Shown in pieces: positions 7,449 through 16,477 of a stretch of DNA of 20,176 nucleotides. The stretch comes from an uncultured Rhodopirellula sp. Its GTDB lineage: Bacteria; Planctomycetota; Planctomycetia; Pirellulales; Pirellulaceae. Numbering within the stretch: the first letter of the stretch is position 1; every line of letters begins with the position of its first letter. The stretch is taken from NCBI GenBank assembly GCA_964007735.1, contig CAXGAI010000018.1:62001-82176 (forward strand). Direction: 5' to 3'. The notes beneath the pieces are model-generated. The model saw only the letters and a program-made list of their open reading frames with translations, made no database searches and had not been told where the DNA came from. A program made the position numbers and the translations under genes.

Positions 7449-9362
7449 ATGTTGCGGGTATTGATTGTCAGTGTACTTCTTTTTGGTGGCGTCTCGGATG
7501 TGTCGGCTCAGCAAAAGAAACCGACGGGAGCAGTTAAGAAGAAGTCGGTCGCTAAGCCTAGTGAAATCAAGTCGAAGTTACCTCCTGCGTTTAATTCAAC
7601 ACCCAATGTCAATCAGCCCGTTAAGCCCGTTCGTAGAGATCTGGCTTTGAAGGCTCAGGAAAGTGCCGCTCGAATCGACGCGTTGGTGATGGAGAAATTA
7701 AAGGCGGAAGGCATTCAGCCGAACCCGGAGATTGATGATGCTCGATTTGTTCGTCGCGTTTATCTGGATATTACGGGCGAAATTCCAACAGGTCGTGACG
7801 CCTATCTGTTTGTGCGTTCTGATCTTTCCAATAAGCGTGCAGTCTTAATTGATTATCTCTTGAATTCGATTGGCTACTCTAGTCACATGTTTAATTACTG
7901 GGCAGACACGTGGCGCATTGTCGACAAGTCAACCAACAATACTTATATCCGCCCCTGGGCCGACTGGGTAAAGCAAAGTTTACGTCAAAACAAGCCTTAC
8001 GATGTCATGGTTAGACAAATGTTAGTAGCGGATGGCCAAATCTTCGATAACCCCGCGGTGGGTTACCGTTTGCGGGATGTGGGGATGCCGTTGGACCATT
8101 TAAATAATACGGTTCGAGTATTCCTGGGAACTCGCATCGGTTGTGCCCAGTGTCACGATCATCCTTTTGATAAATGGACGCAGAAAGAGTTTTATCAACT
8201 AGCTGCATTCGAAGGCGGTATGAAAACTCAATTGCCGCGCAAAGAATACGCCCAAACGAACCTTAAGGTTTATATGGAAGAGGTTGGTGAGCGAAGTCGT
8301 GAAGCTAATCGCATGCGTCTTATCGAACGTTGGAATCGCTATGGTGTAGTGGAGACCTCAACGAATTTGAAGTACCCCCATGACTACGCCTATGACGACG
8401 CAAAACCAAACCAGGTTGTCTTGCCAGAGATCCTGTTCGGAAAAAAACCGGCCTTGCCCGACAATGCATCTCGACGTCAGATTTATGCTCACTGGATGAC
8501 CTCTCGCCAGAATCCGCGTTTTACCCGGACGATTGTCAATCGTTTATGGAAGCATGCATTTGGGATTGGGCTGTTTGAGCCTGTCGACGACATGACGGAT
8601 TATACGAAGGCTTCACATCCCGAGCTTGAAACATTCCTGATTTCGGAAATGAAACGCCTGAATTATGACATGAAGGAGTTCTTGCGGATTGTTTATAACA
8701 CGAAGGCCTATCAACGTAGTGTGACCTACGACGACGTCGACCTCACTAAACCGTATCATTTTCCGGGGCCCGTACTGCGTCGTATGACGGCCGAACAGGT
8801 CTGGGACAGTGTGTTGGTGCTAACGGTTAATAATACGGAAAAATACCTCCGCCCAAATGATAATCCGTTCTTGGCGGCGGTGAATAGCGAACCAGGGTTG
8901 AGTCTCGACGAAATCAAAGCCAAGGTGGCGGCTTATGATGCGGCCGACAAAGCGAAACGGGATCATAATCGTCGCCATACTTACCGGGGCCTCGTCCTGC
9001 GACGAGCATCGGAGCTGCCTCAACCCTTGCCAGCAGGACATTTTTTAAGACAGTTTGGCCAGAGTGATCGTGAAATTATCGGTGATGGTTCGACGGAGGG
9101 AACCGTACCCCAGTTGCTTGCCTTGTTTAATGGGCCAATTACTCACATCATGCTCGAGGCCGGATCGGTGGTGCACCGTGAAGTCATGGGTGCACGTGAA
9201 AACGACCGCTTGACGGTGGTTTTCTTGAGTATTCTTGGGCGGATGCCGACCGCCGAAGAAAGAGCAGCCTCCTTTAAAGAGATTCAGCAGAATCAGGCTG
9301 CCGGGATGGGAAATGTTATTTGGGCATTACTTAACACTCGCGAATTTCTGTTTGTTCAATAA
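7449..9362 (+). CDS. Exported DUF1549/DUF1553 (PSCyt2/PSD1) planctomycete protein with one CxxCH motif
   Basis: Signal peptide MLRVLIVSVLLFGGVSDVSA. DDARFVRRVYLDITGEIP, VFLGTRIGCAQCHDHPFDKWTQKEFYQLAAF (CxxCH at 8142-8156), NPRFTRTIVNRLWKHAFGIGL, RRMTAEQVWDS and WALLNTREF. Confidence 0.9.
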   Translation: MLRVLIVSVLLFGGVSDVSAQQKKPTGAVKKKSVAKPSEIKSKLPPAFNSTPNVNQPVKPVRRDLALKAQESAARIDALVMEKLKAEGIQPNPEIDDARFVRRVYLDITGEIPTGRDAYLFVRSDLSNKRAVLIDYLLNSIGYSSHMFNYWADTWRIVDKSTNNTYIRPWADWVKQSLRQNKPYDVMVRQMLVADGQIFDNPAVGYRLRDVGMPLDHLNNTVRVFLGTRIGCAQCHDHPFDKWTQKEFYQLAAFEGGMKTQLPRKEYAQTNLKVYMEEVGERSREANRMRLIERWNRYGVVETSTNLKYPHDYAYDDAKPNQVVLPEILFGKKPALPDNASRRQIYAHWMTSRQNPRFTRTIVNRLWKHAFGIGLFEPVDDMTDYTKASHPELETFLISEMKRLNYDMKEFLRIVYNTKAYQRSVTYDDVDLTKPYHFPGPVLRRMTAEQVWDSVLVLTVNNTEKYLRPNDNPFLAAVNSEPGLSLDEIKAKVAAYDAADKAKRDHNRRHTYRGLVLRRASELPQPLPAGHFLRQFGQSDREIIGDGSTEGTVPQLLALFNGPITHIMLEAGSVVHREVMGARENDRLTVVFLSILGRMPTAEERAASFKEIQQNQAAGMGNVIWALLNTREFLFVQ

Positions 9363-9405
9363 GAAGAGTAGTTCGATTACTTATCACCAGAAGGTACCTA
9401 CAGAT

Positions 9406-10689
9406 ATGTTTGATAAAAAGATCGTTCAGAAAATGAATGAAGCTGATCGCCGTCGTTTTATGGGGCGAGTCGCAAGTTCACTACTCGGTGTAGCGGTTGC
9501 TCCAAAGGCATTACAGGCGTTCGATTCCGAAAAGGGTACGGCCGGTACGAAAAAGCAGGTGATTTATCTCTTCATGACCGGCGCCATGAGTCACGTTGAC
9601 ACGTTTGACCCGAAACCGGGTAGTAAAGTTCAGGGTGACACCAAAGTGATCAACACGAAGACGCCAGGTATTAAGTTCGGTGAACACATGAAGAAACTGG
9701 CTGGTTTGAGCAATGAACTTGCTATTGTTCGCGGAATGAGTCAGGAAACGGGAGCGCATGGTCCCGGGCAGTATTTGATGCGTACAAGCTACAAAGAAAT
9801 TGCCACGACTTCGCACCCGGCCTTGGCGTCCTGGGTACAGCGGTTGGACGGCCGTATTAGTAAGCAATTGCCAGCATCCGTTTCTATTGGTGGGAAAGGC
9901 GGTAGTCCCGGGTATCTTGGTGCTAAATACGCTCCGGTCCCTATTGGTGATCCAGATCAGGGTCTCCAGAATGTAAAGATGCCTGCTTATCTGAAAGAAC
10001 CACATTTCAACAGGCGATTGTCATTGTCGGCTACCTTCGACAAACGATTTCGTGGATTGGCGAAAAATAATCAGCATGTAAATGGCTATGATGATCTTTA
10101 TAGTGAAGCCGTTACCCTGATGAAGAGTGAAGGACTTAAGGCCTTTGATCTTAAGGAAGAAGAGGATTCCGTTCGTGATAAATACGGTCGTAATCGTTTA
10201 GGCCAGGGGTGTTTACTCGCGAGGCGATTGATTGAAAGTGGTGTGCGGTTTGTCGAAGTCATTTCAGGTGGTTGGGATATGCATCGCGGGGTGTTTGATT
10301 CGATGGCAAATAAAGGCCCTGAATTAGATAATGCCGTGGGATCATTACTTCAGGATCTAAAGCAAAAGGGGTTGTTGAAAAATACCCTGGTCGTGATTGG
10401 CACCGAATTCGGACGCAAACCTAACATTAACGTAAACGTGGGTCGAGACCATCACCCCGCGGCATTTTCGACAGTCCTTGCCGGGGCAGGTGTTAAGGGA
10501 GGGCAGGTATACGGCCAAACGGACGGTGACGCGTTTTATGTAGAGGATCAATCCGTCTCCGTTCAGGACTTTAATGCGACGATTGCGAAGGCAATCGAGC
10601 TTCCCTATGAAGAGGAAATCTTTTCACCGACCGGTCGCCCATTCAATATTTCCAACGGTGGTACTCCGATTAAGGAAATCGTTGGTTAA
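9406..10689 (+). CDS. DUF1501 family protein with a twin-arginine (Tat) signal
   Basis: DRRRFMG followed by a hydrophobic stretch. VIYLFMTGAMSHVDTFDPK, GQGCLLARRLIESGVRFVEV..GGWDMH, EFGRKP...GRDHHP. Start placed at the ATG at 9406, since the ORF-track start overlaps the upstream gene. Confidence 0.9.
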   Translation: MFDKKIVQKMNEADRRRFMGRVASSLLGVAVAPKALQAFDSEKGTAGTKKQVIYLFMTGAMSHVDTFDPKPGSKVQGDTKVINTKTPGIKFGEHMKKLAGLSNELAIVRGMSQETGAHGPGQYLMRTSYKEIATTSHPALASWVQRLDGRISKQLPASVSIGGKGGSPGYLGAKYAPVPIGDPDQGLQNVKMPAYLKEPHFNRRLSLSATFDKRFRGLAKNNQHVNGYDDLYSEAVTLMKSEGLKAFDLKEEEDSVRDKYGRNRLGQGCLLARRLIESGVRFVEVISGGWDMHRGVFDSMANKGPELDNAVGSLLQDLKQKGLLKNTLVVIGTEFGRKPNINVNVGRDHHPAAFSTVLAGAGVKGGQVYGQTDGDAFYVEDQSVSVQDFNATIAKAIELPYEEEIFSPTGRPFNISNGGTPIKEIVG

Positions 10690-10707
10690 GTTATTTGTTA
10701 AAATAAG

Positions 10708-10747
10708 AACCGCGGCGCCGTCTCAGTCGGTAGGCTGCGGTTTTTTT
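10708..10747 (+). terminator. Rho-independent terminator after the DUF1501 gene
   Basis: AACCGCGGC (10708-10716) pairs with GCTGCGGTT (10734-10742) with one G-U. Inner GCCG/CGGT helix, followed by a T7 tract at 10741-10747. Confidence 0.8.
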
Positions 10748-10779
10748 ATGTTGGTCTCGTGCTAAGAAGGGCTTATTGG

Positions 10780-11796
10780 ATGTTCAAGAATGCTGTTAGA
10801 GTGACTGGGCAGGTAGGTTTATTCCTCTCTGCGATCGTGATTGCCGGAGTGCCTGTACTAGCACAAAAAAGCGTATGGGAAAAAGGGGCTGAATTGCAAC
10901 TCGTAAGTGAAATCGGTGCTGGTGAAGGACCCGCTTGGAATCCTGCGGTAGGGCTTGTTTCCAGTTTTGGCAGTGTATATGTGCATGATGTCGAAAATCC
11001 AAATCGGGGTGAACCGCAGGTCTACATCAAGGACCTTGGAACCAACGGCTTGCTCTGGGATGCCCAGGGGCGTCTGCTGTGTTGTCAGCCAAGCAAACAG
11101 CGAGTCATACGAATTGACAAAGATGGTACTGAGACGACCCTCACTGACGAGTTTAACGATGCCCCTTATAACCAGCCGAATGACATTACGGTTGATAATG
11201 AAGGCAGAATTTACTTTTCCGATCCAAAGTATGGACCATATGTGAATCTTCCGCAGAAGGACTTGGATGGAAAGCCTGTGGAAGGGGTTTATATGATTGA
11301 TACGGATGGTTTTGTGACGATTCAGATTGTTCACTCTGTTGATCGACCTAATGGCGTTTTGGTTTCTAAGGATCAGAAGTATTTGTGGGTTGCAGGCAAC
11401 AACAATAACAATCAAGGCGGAGAACGAGCTTTGTTCCGCTTTGAGCGTATGTCGTGTTGTGGGAGTATTCTTGTCGATACCAAACAACTTATCTTCGACT
11501 GGGCCGACGGTCGTGGGCCCGACGGTATGGTGCAGGATGCCCGAGGTAATATCTATGTGGCCGGCGGATTGAATAAAGACAACGCTGAATTTGAAACCAA
11601 TGAATTCAAAGGTGGAATCTATGTGTTTAACTCAAAGGGAAATTACATAGACTTTATTGCAGTTCCGAAGGATGAGGTGACCAACTGCACCTTTGGTGGT
11701 TCGGATCTGAAAACGCTATATGTCACGGCAGGTGGATCACTTTACAGCATCCGCACGAAAAACAAAGGTTGGCTTCCGGTTACTTCTCGAAAATAG
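10780..11796 (+). CDS. SMP-30/gluconolactonase/LRE family beta-propeller protein, exported
   Basis: GEGPAW, TNGL, NQPNDITVD...IYFSDP, RPNGV, GPDGMVQDARGNIYVA and VTNCTFGGSDLKTLYVTA. Signal-like N-terminus ending PVLA. ATG at 10780 has AGAAGG upstream. Confidence 0.88.
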   Translation: MFKNAVRVTGQVGLFLSAIVIAGVPVLAQKSVWEKGAELQLVSEIGAGEGPAWNPAVGLVSSFGSVYVHDVENPNRGEPQVYIKDLGTNGLLWDAQGRLLCCQPSKQRVIRIDKDGTETTLTDEFNDAPYNQPNDITVDNEGRIYFSDPKYGPYVNLPQKDLDGKPVEGVYMIDTDGFVTIQIVHSVDRPNGVLVSKDQKYLWVAGNNNNNQGGERALFRFERMSCCGSILVDTKQLIFDWADGRGPDGMVQDARGNIYVAGGLNKDNAEFETNEFKGGIYVFNSKGNYIDFIAVPKDEVTNCTFGGSDLKTLYVTAGGSLYSIRTKNKGWLPVTSRK

Positions 11797-11907
11797 GTCA
11801 ACAGTCTTCTATAGTGTTTGAATGGCACACGTGCTGTTCCAGAGTGCTTGCCATCGAGTGAGCACAATCGCATGAAAGTAAAAGCAGAGTAAGCAGAAAG
11901 TTTTATT

Positions 11908-14900
11908 ATGAACAAACATCTATTCGTTTTTGGTTTTCTATTTAGCAGCCTGCCGATGGTTGCTATGGGACAGGTTTCCACACAGAAGCCCGTTGTGGCT
12001 GAATCTGTTGTAAGGGGTGAGGACGGCAAGGTCGTTGTTACTCCCCCGAAAAAACAATCCGCTGAGATTGATATGACAAAAGGGCCTAAACCTCAGTGGA
12101 TTTGGCGAGCAAAAGAATCCTTCAACAATGATCAAATAATTGTCACCAAGACCATAGAAACGAATAGCGTTCACGCCTCATTGTCAGCTTCTTGCGATAA
12201 TACGATGGTGGTAACCATCAATGGCAAGAAGGTTTTAACGGATGAAAGTTGGGAGTCGGCTTCCCATGTTAGTATTCAAAAATATCTTAAGGCCGGCGAA
12301 AATAACTTTAGATTTGAGTGTGGTAATGAGGGTTCGGTGGCCGGTTTGGTTGTCAAACTTGGCTTTAAGGATAAAGATGGCCGGGTGACTTATGTCATTA
12401 GTGACAGCAGTTGGTCAGTTGCTAAAAAGGACACACCGGATCAGGTCGCTTCTGCTGTTGAGCTTGGCGAATTGGGCCGAGCACCGTGGGGTGACGTTCT
12501 AAGCAGTCGCGGTGGTACCAGCGTAGGCTTGGAAAGTGCCGTTCCTAATGGAGTGTTTCAACTTCCAGAGGGGTTTCAGGTTGAAGAACTCTATACCGTT
12601 CCGAAAGCCGAACAGGGTTCCTGGGTATCGATTGCGTTCGACAATAAAGGTCGGCTTATCGCGTCTGATCAGGGAGGCAAAGGGCTCTATCGAATAACAC
12701 TTCCAAAAATCGGAACGGAGCAAGACACAAAAGTCGAGAAGTTGAATATCGGTTTGTCGAGTGCTCAGGGTATGCTTTATGCATTTGATTCTCTTTATGT
12801 CTCTGTGAATGGTGGTCCAGGCAGTGGCTTCTATCGTTTAGAGGATACGACAGGTGACGATCAGTTTGACAAGATGGAGAAGCTAGCTGAGTTTCGCGGT
12901 GGTGGTGAACACGGCCCCCATTCAGTTCGCCTGGGCCCGGATGGCAAGACAATTTATGTGATTGCCGGTAATCACACTGACCCACCAACAGGTTTTAGTA
13001 GTAGCACCATTCCGACGAATTGGTCGGAAGACTTGTTACTTCCACGACAGTGGGACGCGCGCGGCCACGCTGCAGGAAAACTGGCACCAGGTGGATGGAT
13101 TGCTCGCACGAACGCTCAGGGGAAAGATTGGGAAATGTTCTCGATCGGTTACCGAAACCCTTATGATTTTGATTTCAATGCGGATGGTGAAATTTTTGCG
13201 TACGACGCAGATATGGAGTGGGATTTGGGCACCCCTTGGTACCGTCCCACTCGTGTTGTCCACGCGACGAGCGGTAGTGAATTTGGATGGCGAAGTGGTA
13301 CTGGGAAGTGGCCAGCCTATTATGGAGATAGCCTGCCTCAGGCTGTTGATATTGGGCCGGGCTCGCCGGTAGGAGCTTGCTTTGGGTACGGAACGAAGTT
13401 TCCGGCAAAATACCAGAAGGGTTTTTATTGTTTGGATTGGACTTTTGGAACGATGTATATCGTTCATACAGAAGCTGCCGGGGCGAGTTACAAAGCGAAA
13501 CGAGAAGAGTTTCTATCCCGCTCGCCCTTGCCACTGACGGACGCAGCCGTAGGTCCGGATGGGGCTCTCTACTTTAGCGTGGGTGGTCGTGGGACTCAGT
13601 CGGCGATCTTCAGGGTCACCTATGTCGGCAAAGAATCGACAGCTCCCGTAGATGCTCGCGATACCAAGTTTGCTAAGCATCGAGAATTGCGCCGATCACT
13701 GGAGGCCTTTCACGGCAAGCAGGATGCCAATGCGGTGCAAACTGCCCTCGATCATTTGGGACACGCAGATCGTCATATTCGTTATGCGGCTCGTGTTGCT
13801 CTTGAGTTCCAACCTGCCGACCAGTGGGTCGGTGACGTGTTGGCATTGCAAGAGCCCGGGGCTTTGATTAATGGTGTTATGGCCGTAGCACGACAAGGTG
13901 ACGAATCATTACAAAGCAAGGCAGTCCATTCGTTGCTGTCGGTGAATTATGACAAATTGCCTAAGCAGCAAAAATTGGATCTTTTGCGGGCTTATTCACT
14001 TGTCTTCATTCGTCTAGGATCCCCGGATGTTGAGACGGCCGATAGAGTGCTAAGCCAACTTGATAGTGAGTTTCCGTCACAGGATATTTCACTTGATCGG
14101 GAGTTGGTCAGCGTGCTCGTCTATTTAAATTCGCCGACAGTCGCCGGGAAGACGCTTAAGTTGATGGCGTCCCAGGAAGTAACCTCCGGCGAAGAGGTCA
14201 CCGACTTATTGACCCGTAACCGAGGCTACGGTAATACGATTGCTGCTATGCTAACTAATCGCCCGGAGATCCAGAAGATTCATTATGCTTATGCCTTACG
14301 CAATTTGCGTTATGGGTGGACACTAGAACAGCGGAAAGAATATCTGCAGTGGTTTGTTGGTGCCAACGAGCGTTCCGGCGGGGCCAGCTACTCAGGATTT
14401 CTGAAAAACATCCAAAGTGAAGCACTGGCGAATATGTCAGACGATGAGCGTAAGTTGCTCGCCGGTGAGTTTGTATTTACTCCTCTAAAAGACGAGGACC
14501 TTCCTAAGCCTGCAGGTCCCGGTAAACTTTGGACGTTAGAGGAAGTAGTTGGTTTGGCAAATGCGGGTCTTACAGGCCGTGATTTTGAGAACGGTAAGAA
14601 GATGTTTGCAGCCGCCAAGTGTTTGTCCTGCCACCGGTTTGACGGCGCTGGCGGATCAACAGGCCCGGATCTTAGTAATGTCGCCGGGCGGTTTAGTAAT
14701 AGAGACTTAGGTGAGGCTATTATTCATCCAAGTAAAGTCATTTCTGATCAATACCGGGCGATGAATATTGTTACCGTGAATGGTCAGGTACTGGCTGGGC
14801 GTGTGACAAGTGAGACGGAGAAAGAAATTACGGTTCTGACAGATCCTGTTGATGCGACTAAGTTGGTGACACTTGCGAAAGGGGATATTGATGAAATGTT

Positions 14901-15021
14901 GCCATCCAAACTGTCATTAATGCCGGAGAAGTTGCTTAATACGTTAAACAAGGATGAGGTCTTGGACTTACTAGCGTTTCTTAAGAGCCGTGGGAATCCG
15001 AACGCCATTGAATTTAAGTAA
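11908..15021 (+). CDS. PVC-type putative periplasmic dehydrogenase: signal peptide, CBM67-like N-domain, GSDH-like beta-propeller, HEAT-like helical region, C-terminal c-type heme domain
   Basis: LPEGFQVE, GEHGPHSV, GYRNPYD...DADMEWDLGTPWYRPTR, GPGSPVG, DAAVGPDGALYF..GGRGTQS, DRHIRYAARVALE. Heme motif GKKMF...CLSCH (14620-14634)...GPDLS...IIHPSKVISDQY...SLMPEKL. Confidence 0.85.
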   Translation: MNKHLFVFGFLFSSLPMVAMGQVSTQKPVVAESVVRGEDGKVVVTPPKKQSAEIDMTKGPKPQWIWRAKESFNNDQIIVTKTIETNSVHASLSASCDNTMVVTINGKKVLTDESWESASHVSIQKYLKAGENNFRFECGNEGSVAGLVVKLGFKDKDGRVTYVISDSSWSVAKKDTPDQVASAVELGELGRAPWGDVLSSRGGTSVGLESAVPNGVFQLPEGFQVEELYTVPKAEQGSWVSIAFDNKGRLIASDQGGKGLYRITLPKIGTEQDTKVEKLNIGLSSAQGMLYAFDSLYVSVNGGPGSGFYRLEDTTGDDQFDKMEKLAEFRGGGEHGPHSVRLGPDGKTIYVIAGNHTDPPTGFSSSTIPTNWSEDLLLPRQWDARGHAAGKLAPGGWIARTNAQGKDWEMFSIGYRNPYDFDFNADGEIFAYDADMEWDLGTPWYRPTRVVHATSGSEFGWRSGTGKWPAYYGDSLPQAVDIGPGSPVGACFGYGTKFPAKYQKGFYCLDWTFGTMYIVHTEAAGASYKAKREEFLSRSPLPLTDAAVGPDGALYFSVGGRGTQSAIFRVTYVGKESTAPVDARDTKFAKHRELRRSLEAFHGKQDANAVQTALDHLGHADRHIRYAARVALEFQPADQWVGDVLALQEPGALINGVMAVARQGDESLQSKAVHSLLSVNYDKLPKQQKLDLLRAYSLVFIRLGSPDVETADRVLSQLDSEFPSQDISLDRELVSVLVYLNSPTVAGKTLKLMASQEVTSGEEVTDLLTRNRGYGNTIAAMLTNRPEIQKIHYAYALRNLRYGWTLEQRKEYLQWFVGANERSGGASYSGFLKNIQSEALANMSDDERKLLAGEFVFTPLKDEDLPKPAGPGKLWTLEEVVGLANAGLTGRDFENGKKMFAAAKCLSCHRFDGAGGSTGPDLSNVAGRFSNRDLGEAIIHPSKVISDQYRAMNIVTVNGQVLAGRVTSETEKEITVLTDPVDATKLVTLAKGDIDEMLPSKLSLMPEKLLNTLNKDEVLDLLAFLKSRGNPNAIEFK

Positions 15022-15055
15022 GAAAAATCCTAATTGCCAAAAGAGTAGAATTGAT

Positions 15056-16477
15056 ATGCGCAAAACTAGTTTGATGCTGTTGTTATTGCTTTTGACGGGT
15101 AGCCTAAATGCCGCGGAGCAGAAGCAGCCTAATATTTTGTTTATCTTCGCGGATGATCAGTGTTTCGAAACGCTTGCGTCATCTGGCCACCCGGTAATTA
15201 AAACTCCAAACCTTGATCGCCTGACGCGTCAGGGAACGACTTTTACCCATGCCTTTAATATGGGCAGTTGGAGTGGAGCGGTTTGCGTTGCCAGTCGCTG
15301 TATGCTCAACACGGGACGTTTTATTTGGCGCGCTAATGCGGTTTATCGTGAGACTGGTAAAGAGTTGGAAGCCGGACGCTTTTGGTCTTCTTACTTGCGT
15401 CAAGCTGGTTATCACACTTATATGACCGGTAAATGGCATGTCCGCGCCGATGCGACGAAAGCCTTTGATACAACGGCTCATATTCGTGGCGGTATGCCTA
15501 ATCAGGTTCCAGAAGGGTACAACCGTCCGTTGAATCGGGACGACAAGACCTGGTTGCCATATGACCCGAAATGGGGTGGATTCTGGAAAGATGGTACACA
15601 CTGGAGCGAAGTAGTTGCTGATGATGCGATAGGTTTTCTCAGTCATTCGAAGACAGAAGATGACCCGTTCTTTATGTATATTGCCTTCAATGCACCTCAT
15701 GATCCGCGTCAGTCCCCTAAGGAATATGTAGACATGTACCCTCTTAAGGACGTCGATGTTCCCGGAAACTTTCTGGAAGAGTACCCGTTTAATGAAGCTG
15801 CAGCCACCGGTCGTAAACTGCGTGATGAAATGCTGGCTCCGTTTCCGCGCACTGAGTACTCGGTCAAAGTGAACAGGCAGGAGTATTATGCGATCATCAC
15901 ACATATGGACTATCAGATTGGTCGGATTCTGGATCATTTGAAAAAGACGAAACAAGATCGTAATACGTATATTATTTTCACGGCTGACCATGGTCTGGCC
16001 GTGGGGCATCATGGGTTGATGGGGAAACAGAATATGTATGACCACAGCGTGCGTGTTCCCTTTGTTGTAGTAGGTCCCGGTGTTGCTAAAGATGCCAGTA
16101 ATGATGCGAATATTTATTTGCAGGATGTTATGCCTACAACTCTTGAATTGGCCGGAGTGGAGAAACCGGAACATGTCGAATTTAATAGTTTGCTACCGCT
16201 GCTTCGCGGGAAGCAGAAGGAGAGCAACTATCCTTCCGTTTATGGGGCTTTTCTTGAAAGTCAACGTAGTGTCAGAGCGTTCGGCTATAAAATGATTCTC
16301 TACCCAAGTATTGGGAAGGTAAGATTGTATGACCTTGGTAAAGACCCACAGGAACAAAACGATCTTGCCGGCGATGACTCGACAGCCGAGATTCAGAAAA
16401 AGCTTTTTCGGGAGTTACAGAAACTGCAAGTGGAAGTTGGAGATGAGTTGGATCTTACAGAAAAGTTCAGCCTTTAG
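15056..16477 (+). CDS. Formylglycine-dependent (S1) sulfatase, exported
   Basis: Signal peptide MRKTSLMLLLLLLTGSLNA. PNILFIFADDQ, TPNLDRL, C-V-A-S-R catalytic motif (15284-15298), GYHTYMTGKWH, APHDP, TADHG...HGLMGKQNMY and LYDL..DP.E. Start placed at the ATG at 15056. Confidence 0.92.
   Translation: MRKTSLMLLLLLLTGSLNAAEQKQPNILFIFADDQCFETLASSGHPVIKTPNLDRLTRQGTTFTHAFNMGSWSGAVCVASRCMLNTGRFIWRANAVYRETGKELEAGRFWSSYLRQAGYHTYMTGKWHVRADATKAFDTTAHIRGGMPNQVPEGYNRPLNRDDKTWLPYDPKWGGFWKDGTHWSEVVADDAIGFLSHSKTEDDPFFMYIAFNAPHDPRQSPKEYVDMYPLKDVDVPGNFLEEYPFNEAAATGRKLRDEMLAPFPRTEYSVKVNRQEYYAIITHMDYQIGRILDHLKKTKQDRNTYIIFTADHGLAVGHHGLMGKQNMYDHSVRVPFVVVGPGVAKDASNDANIYLQDVMPTTLELAGVEKPEHVEFNSLLPLLRGKQKESNYPSVYGAFLESQRSVRAFGYKMILYPSIGKVRLYDLGKDPQEQNDLAGDDSTAEIQKKLFRELQKLQVEVGDELDLTEKFSL

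Noticed and set aside
9235..9405. Extended ORF-track starts (9235, and likewise 6210 minus, 10759, 14990, 17716, 17725)
   Set aside because: These overlap neighbouring genes or spacers, or bury the signal peptide. Downstream starts fit the signal peptides or SD sites better.
10858..11487. 209-aa antisense ORF opposite the lactonase
   Set aside because: Shadow of a confident gene with no protein-family features.
11822..11854. TGGCAC as a possible sigma54 promoter; ATGGCA/TGCCAT inverted repeat
   Set aside because: The required GG-N10-GC spacing fails on both strands (GT on +, GG on -). The 6-bp repeat has no U-tract and could be chance.
15179..16174. 331-aa antisense ORF opposite the sulfatase
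   Set aside because: Lies wholly within a well-supported gene and has no recognisable motifs. It looks like a typical shadow ORF.
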